Shown in pieces: positions 57,765 to 64,000 of a stretch of 64,000 nucleotides of DNA (position 1 is the stretch's first letter; every line of letters starts with the position of its first letter). The stretch is from Flavobacteriaceae bacterium (GTDB lineage Bacteria > Bacteroidota > Bacteroidia > Flavobacteriales > Flavobacteriaceae). Both the position numbers and the translations under genes were made by a program. The DNA is taken from the NCBI GenBank assembly GCA_045561795.1, contig JBJKWZ010000002.1, positions 22,943 through 86,942 of the forward strand, in the 5' to 3' direction. Below the pieces are notes generated by a model. The model searched no databases. It was not told where the DNA came from and saw only the letters and a list, made by a program, of their open reading frames with translations.

Positions 57765-59264
57765 ATGAAAAAATTCTTAACTTTTATATTTTCAATTACA
57801 ATCTTAATCACATCTTGTACAAAAGACGCTACTGTTTCAGATGCAGATATACAAAGAATTGTAAACGCAGCTGTAGCTGCTGCACTGGCTGCATATCCAT
57901 CTAGTGATCAAATTGCACAAGCTGCTGCAGACGCTGCAAGAGCTGCTGCAACAGAAGCTGTTACTGCTGGATTTGGAGACGCAGAAGCATTTGAAGCTGC
58001 TGTAAGTGCGGCGCTTGCTGCTCAACAAACAATAGTAGAACTTGGTTCTGCTGGTGGTATTACTAAATTGACCGGTGTCACATCTTGGACAAAAGACAAA
58101 ACTTATATAATAGGTGGAAAAATTGTTGTACAAGATGGTGCTACATTAAGTATTGAGGCTGGTACTTTAATTAAAGCCTTACCTGGAACAGGTAATGATG
58201 CTACTGCTATTGTTGTTGCAAGAGGCGGAACTATTAATGCGGTTGGCACAGCATCTGCGCCAATTGTTATGACCGATTCAAATGATCAAATTACAGCTAA
58301 GCAAATTGCAGATGGTAATTTTGTGAGTCCAAATAGAACTGCTTTAGATAGAAGTAAGTGGGGAGGATTAGTACTTCTTGGAAAAGCTACGATTTCAGAC
58401 AGTAAAACAGAAGAGGCCATAGAAGGAGTAGTGGCAATTGGTTCTGATACATGGAATATGTATGGTGGTTCTGATGATGCTGATTCTTCTGGTGAAATTG
58501 CATACATTTCTATAAGACATACTGGAACAGAGGTTGCTCCAGATTCAGAACTTCAAGGGCTAACTCTTGGAGGTGTTGGTAGTGGTACAAAAGTTTCACA
58601 TATTGAAAGTTATGCTTCTGGTGATGACGGTCTAGAAATTTTTGGTGGATCGGTTAATCTTTCTAATATGATAATTTATTCCCATCAAGATGACGGACTT
58701 GATACCGATTACGGCTGGAATGGAACAATTGATAATGCAGTTATCGAACTAGCTCATGATTCTGATACTGCCTTTGAATACGATGGACCTAGAAATCCTG
58801 CTGATGACACTGGTAATCAAAATACAACGAAGAATATTACCATTTATGGAAGATATACTCAAGCTGCAACAGATTCAGATAAGGGAGGACAGTTCAAGGA
58901 GAACAGTTACTCTATCGTTCAAGACGTTCACTTAACTGGAACGGCAGCAAATTTGTCTACAATGTCGGCTATGGAAGGTTTTCAAAATAACAATGGAAAC
59001 TATAAAAGTTTTACAACGCCAAGAACATTTGGAACAGATCCAGCTGGATCGGCAAATTTAATTTTTAGCGATTGGTATTATAATGGCGCTTTTGTTCAAG
59101 CAACAATTGTAGATAGCAACACAGTTTTAGACAATAGCAACCTAGATATTAATTCGACTTTTTCAAGTTGGGCTACAATTGGAACATCTCCAGATGCTGA
59201 TCAAGGTGCAGATTTATCTGAATTTACGGGTTGGTCAGTTTGGGATGCCCAAGCAAATAAATAA
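57765..59264 (+). CDS. Surface lipoprotein of unknown function (Ala-rich helical N-terminal linker + repeat/beta-helix-like body), partner of the downstream TonB-dependent receptor
   Basis: Lipobox ILITSC. Residues ~25-90 are Ala-rich (AAVAAALAA, AQAAADAARAAATEA). The body has repeated G-x-T/L-x-I/V turns (GATLSIEAGTLIKA, GGTINAVG, DDGLEIFGGSVNL). Codon usage is strongly T-ending (GCT/GGT/ACT). Confidence 0.7.
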   Translation: MKKFLTFIFSITILITSCTKDATVSDADIQRIVNAAVAAALAAYPSSDQIAQAAADAARAAATEAVTAGFGDAEAFEAAVSAALAAQQTIVELGSAGGITKLTGVTSWTKDKTYIIGGKIVVQDGATLSIEAGTLIKALPGTGNDATAIVVARGGTINAVGTASAPIVMTDSNDQITAKQIADGNFVSPNRTALDRSKWGGLVLLGKATISDSKTEEAIEGVVAIGSDTWNMYGGSDDADSSGEIAYISIRHTGTEVAPDSELQGLTLGGVGSGTKVSHIESYASGDDGLEIFGGSVNLSNMIIYSHQDDGLDTDYGWNGTIDNAVIELAHDSDTAFEYDGPRNPADDTGNQNTTKNITIYGRYTQAATDSDKGGQFKENSYSIVQDVHLTGTAANLSTMSAMEGFQNNNGNYKSFTTPRTFGTDPAGSANLIFSDWYYNGAFVQATIVDSNTVLDNSNLDINSTFSSWATIGTSPDADQGADLSEFTGWSVWDAQANK

Positions 59265-59307
59265 ACTATGATTTGATTAATTTAATACCAATTTTTTTCA
59301 GAAATTT

Positions 59308-59335
59308 GGGTCTATGTTTTACATAGGCCCTTTTT
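59308..59335 (+). terminator. Intrinsic terminator between the lipoprotein gene and the TonB-dependent receptor gene
   Basis: GGGTCTATG-TTTTA-CATAGGCCC (9 bp with one G-U) followed by TTTTT. It ends 11 nt before the receptor ATG at 59347. Confidence 0.65.
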
Positions 59336-59346
59336 AATATATAAAT

Positions 59347-62163
59347 ATGAGAACCAATAATTTACTTTACTTTTTTGTTTTAACCCTTCTTCCATTTCTT
59401 GTTTTAGCTCAATCCACTATTGATGGAAAAGTAATTGATGGTGAGTTCAATGATGTTCTACCATTTGCAAATGTCATCCTTTATTCTCAATCAGAGGATG
59501 GAAGTTTAGTCAACCTAGATGGCTCAACTACCGATTTTGACGGAAATTTCTCCTTCTCTGATCTACCGGCTGGTGTCTACACAATAGATATCAGTTTTGT
59601 AGGTTATTCAACAGTAAAAATATCTGACGTAGAACTTAAGGTTGGAGATGTTGCTCCTATAAGTGTAACTCTTCAACCAGCCTCTTCTGAATTAGAGGAA
59701 GTCGTTGTAACCACAACTCAGAAGAGAAATAACGAAGCATCCGTTTTAAGTATTCAAAAAAATGCTGCTGTTGTTTTGGATGGATTGTCATTACAAGCAA
59801 TTCGAAGAGCTGGGGACGGAGATATCGCCCAAGCAGTTAGAAGGGTGCCAGGGGTTTCAATTCAAGAAGGCAAGTACGTTTATGTGCGGGGGCTTGGAGA
59901 TAGATATTCAAAAACTCTTCTTAATGGTATGGAAATTCCAGGTCTTGATCCAGATCGTAATACCCTACAACTCGATGTATTCCCAACAAATTTGATTGAT
60001 AATATCCAGGTTTTAAAATCAGGAAATGCTTCTTATGACGCTGATTTTAGTGGTGGTATAGTAGACTTATCTCTACGGGACTTTTCATCCACTCCTTTAA
60101 ATACATTTACTGTTGGAATTGGATATAATCCAGATATGCATTTTAATTCAGATTATGTTTATGACGAAGGTAGCAAAACGGATATTTTTGGTTTCGACAA
60201 TGGGTACAGAGAATTTCCCTTACCGAGAGGAATTGACATACCTTTACCAGAAAGAGGGGATGCTAATTCTTTAGTTGTTACCAATTACACTGAAAGTGTA
60301 GATAAAAATTTAAATGTATCTAATAAAAACAGTTCACCAAATTTAACCCTCGGTTTTACCTCAAGCAATTCTTATGATTTAAAAAATGAAAGAAAAGTAG
60401 GATACATGGCCTCTTTAAACTACCGATCAAATATTAGTTATTTTGATGACTATCTTGAATCAAGGTATGAAAAAAGCTTACCTGCATTTGCAAATACTGT
60501 TTATAATACTGGAAGGTTAGGCAAGGATGAGAGATTTATAAGTTTCCTTGGCGGGATTGCCTATGGTTCAAAAAAGGGAAAGCAAAAAGTTAATTTTTTA
60601 TTTATTCAAAATGGAGAATCTACTGCAATTCAAGGAGATTTTCTAAACAATGGTGAAAACAATTATGATGGGGTTGGTCAAATTAAATCCTACGTGCAAA
60701 GACAAATTATTAGTATTCCATTTAGTTCAAAGAACTATTTTTTAGACGGTAAACTAGAGGCGAATCTTTCTTTTACTCCTACTTTTTCTAGAGTCTATGA
60801 TAAAGATTTTAAAACATCTATTTTCAACAGAAGTGGTAACGGAGATTTGTACTTTTCAAGAAATGGTGCTGGTTTACCTGTTCGAATATGGAGAGACCTT
60901 GAGGAAAGTTCATATAATGGTAGGTTTAATTTAATATACAAACACAATCTTGGAGGAATTAGCGCGGAAACCTCTGTAGGGGGATTTTATTTAAGAAAAC
61001 AAAGAGAATTTGCAACAGAGTTTTTTACAATAGATTATGTTGGGAGTACTCTTGACTTAAATGGTAATGCGAATAATCTTCTAAATAATATTTGGGACTT
61101 AAATGATCCAACAGGCGCTTTTTTGTTTGGAACTTTTCAAGAAGAAAATCAATTCGATTCTACAATTGAAAAAAGTGGTGCTTACATTTCTGAAGAGTTA
61201 AATTTCTCTGAAAAATTTAAGACTTATCTAGGTGTTAGATTAGAAAACTATACAATATTTTATACCGGTGAAAGTCTCGACAATATAATTTACTCAGATG
61301 AACAATTTATCAATACCTCCGATCTATTTCCATCTGTAAATATGATTTACTCATTGGATGAAAACAGAAAAATAAGAGCTTCATATTACAAGACCACAGC
61401 TCGTCCTTCATTTAAAGAAAACTCCGCAGCTGTAATTTTCGATCCCGTTACTTTTAATAGATTTTTTGGAAACGTGAACTTAAATCCAACTTACATAAAT
61501 AATTTTGATTTAAGATTTGAGAAGTATGGTGAAAGTGGAAACTTTTTTGCGGTAAGTGGATTTTACAAAAATTTTGAAGATCCAATAGAAATCGTTATGT
61601 ATCAAAGAAGTCCTAGGCAGTTTCGCCCACAAAATAGCGAGGAAGCAAACGTATTTGGATTAGAAGTAGAATTAAGACAAAAAATATTAAACAACGATAT
61701 TTATAATTTAGGGCTAAATGTGAATGCATCTGTAATTGAATCAAGACAAAAATTGGTTGGTGATGAACTTGATGTTCGTCAATTCGATGCCGATGCCTTA
61801 GGTGTTGAACTAGACGAATATAGAAGACTACAAGGACAATCACCTTACCTTGTCAACACTTCATTGGTGTATAAAAGAAATTCATCTGAGCTTAGTTTAT
61901 TTTACAATGTCCAAGGAAAAACCTTAATGTTTGTAGGAAATGACGATGTTTCTGATGTTTTTACTGTACCGTTTCATTCTCTTAATTTAATAGCGAGAAA
62001 ATCCTTTGGTAATGGAGATAAACAACAAATTCAATTAGAGGTTCAAAATATATTAGGAGATGTAAGGGAGGTACAGTATGAATTTTTTAATGCTGATCCT
62101 GTTTTGTTCTCTCAAAGAAGACTTGGTAGAACTTTCGCTGTAACCTACAGAATTCAATTATAA
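59347..62163 (+). CDS. TonB-dependent receptor with N-terminal carboxypeptidase-regulatory-like domain (not SusC-type by neighbourhood: no SusD)
   Basis: Signal peptide. CarboxypepD_reg fold (IDGKVIDGEFNDVLPFANVIL, DFDGNFSFSDLPAGVYTIDISFVGY). Plug (VPGVSIQEGKYVYVRGLGDRYSKTLLNG). 22-strand-size barrel ending in FAVTYRIQL. Confidence 0.85.
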   Translation: MRTNNLLYFFVLTLLPFLVLAQSTIDGKVIDGEFNDVLPFANVILYSQSEDGSLVNLDGSTTDFDGNFSFSDLPAGVYTIDISFVGYSTVKISDVELKVGDVAPISVTLQPASSELEEVVVTTTQKRNNEASVLSIQKNAAVVLDGLSLQAIRRAGDGDIAQAVRRVPGVSIQEGKYVYVRGLGDRYSKTLLNGMEIPGLDPDRNTLQLDVFPTNLIDNIQVLKSGNASYDADFSGGIVDLSLRDFSSTPLNTFTVGIGYNPDMHFNSDYVYDEGSKTDIFGFDNGYREFPLPRGIDIPLPERGDANSLVVTNYTESVDKNLNVSNKNSSPNLTLGFTSSNSYDLKNERKVGYMASLNYRSNISYFDDYLESRYEKSLPAFANTVYNTGRLGKDERFISFLGGIAYGSKKGKQKVNFLFIQNGESTAIQGDFLNNGENNYDGVGQIKSYVQRQIISIPFSSKNYFLDGKLEANLSFTPTFSRVYDKDFKTSIFNRSGNGDLYFSRNGAGLPVRIWRDLEESSYNGRFNLIYKHNLGGISAETSVGGFYLRKQREFATEFFTIDYVGSTLDLNGNANNLLNNIWDLNDPTGAFLFGTFQEENQFDSTIEKSGAYISEELNFSEKFKTYLGVRLENYTIFYTGESLDNIIYSDEQFINTSDLFPSVNMIYSLDENRKIRASYYKTTARPSFKENSAAVIFDPVTFNRFFGNVNLNPTYINNFDLRFEKYGESGNFFAVSGFYKNFEDPIEIVMYQRSPRQFRPQNSEEANVFGLEVELRQKILNNDIYNLGLNVNASVIESRQKLVGDELDVRQFDADALGVELDEYRRLQGQSPYLVNTSLVYKRNSSELSLFYNVQGKTLMFVGNDDVSDVFTVPFHSLNLIARKSFGNGDKQQIQLEVQNILGDVREVQYEFFNADPVLFSQRRLGRTFAVTYRIQL

Positions 62164-62194
62164 TTGTATATTGTCTGGGCAAATTTTTACTTAT

Positions 62195-64000
62195 TTGGAG
62201 AATCCGTATCTCTATATCGTAATCTTGTTGGCAATTCTCGCAATTGGAGACTTAATTGTAGGAGTAAGTAACGACGCTGTCAACTTTCTAAATTCTGCAA
62301 TCGGTTCGAAAGCTATCTCGTTTAAAAACATAATGATTCTTGCCAGTTTAGGTATTGCCATAGGTGCAATTTCCTCAAGTGGAATGATGGAAGTTGCAAG
62401 AAAAGGAATATTTAACCCAGCCGCTTTTAATTTTGAAGAAATCATCTACATCTTCACGGCAGTTATGATTACCGATATTTTACTTTTAGATGTTTTCAAT
62501 ACCCTTGGTATGCCCACATCAACCACAGTTTCAATTGTTTTTGAATTGTTAGGGGCTGCAGTAATAATGTCAATAATTAAAATTAATTTGATAGATGGAA
62601 GTTTCTCGGATTTAGGTGATTACATCAATACATCTAAAGCTTCACAAATTATTTTAGGAATTATTTTATCGGTAATAATTGCATTTACAATAGGATCAAT
62701 TATACAATGGCTATCAAGAGTTTTATTGACGTTTCATATTGAAGAAAACACAACGCTTTTAAAATCAATATTTGGTGGTTTTTCTCTTTCAGCACTTTCC
62801 TATTTTATAATAATTAAAGGGGTTAAAGGTTCTGCTTTTGCGAATCAAAGCCTATTAATGTTAGATGGAAAAACAATTTCAGAATTCATTAGTTATCAAG
62901 CATTTTTTACATTCGCTGTAAACTTTTTATTTTGGCTCCTTGTTTCAACTATTTTAATCAAACTATTTAGATTAAATATTTTCAAGATTATTATTGGTGT
63001 TGGAACCTTTGCTTTAGCCCTTGCATTTGCTGGAAACGATCTGGTTAATTTTATTGGAGTTCCAATTGCCGCTTTTCAGTCTTATGAGGCCTGGTCTTTA
63101 TCCAATATAGATCCTAATTTGTACAATATGGAAATTTTGAATTCAAAGGTTGCAACCCCAACTTTATTTCTACTTGGATCTGGAATTATTATGATTTTAA
63201 CTTTATGGTTTTCCTCCAAAGCCAAAAAAGTTGTTCAAACATCTATCGACCTAGCCAATCAACATAGCACAAAAGAAAAATTTAATCCAAATTTTTTATC
63301 TAGAATGTTAGTGAAGTTTTTTATAAAAATTTCCTATGTGTTTGAAAAGATTATTCCCACCAAAACTAAAAATTATATTCAAAGTAGATTTGAACTAAAA
63401 AAAGAAAATGATCCCGCTAATTGGGATGATAACCTACCCTCTTTCGATCAAATGCGGGCGAGTATAAATCTTGTTGTTGCAGCAATTTTGATTTCTATAG
63501 CCACTTCTCTAAAATTACCTTTATCAACAACCTACGTTACTTTCATGGTCGCTATGGGAACATCTTTATCTGACAAAGCTTGGGGTCGAGATAGTGCGGT
63601 GTATAGGGTGTCTGGTGTGATAAGTGTAATTGGTGGATGGTTTCTAACAGCCTTCTGTGCATTTACGGTTTCTGGTTTAATAGTTTATTTGTTTCACTTA
63701 GGAGGAATAACTGCAATAGTTATAATTTTTACCTCTGTATCATTTATTATCATTCGTAATTATTTGTTTCACAAAAAGGAAATAAAATCAAAAACGAAAT
63801 TTTTGAAATCAGAGAGCAAATCAAGGGAAGGTGTAATCTCTGAGGCAGACAAAAACATAACTGAAACCATCCAAGGTGCACACATTTGCTATTTATCTGT
63901 AATTGATGGTTTATCAGAGAATGATGAAATACAATTAAAAAATGCTTCTAGAAAGGTAAAAGAGCTTGAAAGTGAAATTTTTGATTTAAGAGATAATTTA
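62195..64000 (+). CDS. Inorganic phosphate transporter, PiT (PHO4) family, 3'-truncated by the window end
   Basis: The frame is open from 62195 to base 64000. Two PHO4 repeats (GVSNDAVNFLNSAIGSK, GNDLVNFIGVPIAAFQ). No upstream in-frame ATG, so TTG at 62195 (MENPYLYIVILLAILAIGD) is the likely start. A PhoU-like helical region starts near the window end. Confidence 0.8.
   Translation, partial: MENPYLYIVILLAILAIGDLIVGVSNDAVNFLNSAIGSKAISFKNIMILASLGIAIGAISSSGMMEVARKGIFNPAAFNFEEIIYIFTAVMITDILLLDVFNTLGMPTSTTVSIVFELLGAAVIMSIIKINLIDGSFSDLGDYINTSKASQIILGIILSVIIAFTIGSIIQWLSRVLLTFHIEENTTLLKSIFGGFSLSALSYFIIIKGVKGSAFANQSLLMLDGKTISEFISYQAFFTFAVNFLFWLLVSTILIKLFRLNIFKIIIGVGTFALALAFAGNDLVNFIGVPIAAFQSYEAWSLSNIDPNLYNMEILNSKVATPTLFLLGSGIIMILTLWFSSKAKKVVQTSIDLANQHSTKEKFNPNFLSRMLVKFFIKISYVFEKIIPTKTKNYIQSRFELKKENDPANWDDNLPSFDQMRASINLVVAAILISIATSLKLPLSTTYVTFMVAMGTSLSDKAWGRDSAVYRVSGVISVIGGWFLTAFCAFTVSGLIVYLFHLGGITAIVIIFTSVSFIIIRNYLFHKKEIKSKTKFLKSESKSREGVISEADKNITETIQGAHICYLSVIDGLSENDEIQLKNASRKVKELESEIFDLRDNL

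Noticed and set aside
57837-58133. 98-aa minus-strand ORF (and 58286..58507) antisense to the lipoprotein gene.
   Set aside because: It lies over the GCT/GCA-rich Ala stalk. The complement of Ala/Gly codons is stop-free and gives Cys/Ser-rich nonsense. The sense frame has a lipobox and a coherent protein.
62212-62445. 77-aa minus-strand ORF listed in the track.
   Set aside because: It is antisense to the clearly conserved first PHO4 repeat of the plus-strand PiT transporter, which is missing from the track only because it has a TTG start and runs off the window.
1-64000. Searched by eye for CRISPR repeats, IS or transposase ends, phage, integrase, restriction-modification, toxin-antitoxin or other defence-like ORFs, rRNA, and large dispersed repeats.
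   Set aside because: None found. Every ORF above ~90 aa that is not antisense to a conserved gene is accounted for by a housekeeping, envelope or respiratory function, or by the few unknowns reported above.

Overview
This is an AT-rich chromosomal segment (about 30% G+C by eye, not computed), and the gene content points to a marine-type Flavobacteriia (Bacteroidota) genome. Supporting evidence: the T9SS translocon gene sprA in the ruvA-sprA-gcvH context, an alternative complex III (actABCDEF) fused to ctaC-ctaD, a CarboxypepD_reg-type TonB-dependent receptor, and a TTTG-N19-TAnnTTTG promoter. Genes are tightly packed, and nearly all from 1.7 to 47.3 kb are on the minus strand.

Content in order:
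- bamA 3' end plus two skp/ompH genes.
- A gamma-carbonic-anhydrase-like LbH protein, an Nfu/NifU protein and tsaB.
- A long co-directional cluster: small membrane protein, polytopic membrane protein, wHTH regulator, MacB-type ABC ATPase, two FtsX permeases, HlyD adaptor and TolC.
- A cytochrome oxidase assembly and accessory cluster: ctaB, two subunit III genes, subunit IV, a Cys-less SCO-like protein, SCO, DUF420 and a CxxC micro-protein.
- tonB, vanZ, gcvH, sprA, ruvA, maeB, an SLC45-like MFS transporter, queG and ruvB.
- ctaD-ctaC and actFEDCBA, then a SPOR protein.
- infB-nusA-rimP, a TrxR-like ferredoxin-NADP reductase and tRNA-Gln(UUG).
- A 1183-aa DUF2723/GT117 GT-C protein, a decayed thioredoxin pseudogene and a membrane metallophosphoesterase.
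- A GH127-like (DUF1680) lipoprotein and a dGTPase-like HD protein.
- A lipoprotein plus TonB-dependent receptor pair, and a 5'-partial PiT phosphate transporter running off the window.

I found no CRISPR array, IS element, integrase, prophage or recognisable defence or toxin module. The window reads as core chromosome, and I cannot honestly claim a clear novel system.

The leads most worth a second look are:
1. A terminator-like hairpin plus U8 tract 2 nt upstream of rimP, a candidate NusA autoregulatory attenuator.
2. The uncharacterised Ala-rich lipoprotein / non-SusC receptor pair, which has an internal terminator.
3. The DUF2723 GT-C giant.
4. The wHTH regulator and membrane-protein module ahead of the MacAB-TolC-like exporter.
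5. A signal-peptide-CxxC-TM micro-protein and a Cys-less SCO paralog in the cox assembly cluster.
6. A multiply disrupted thioredoxin pseudogene.
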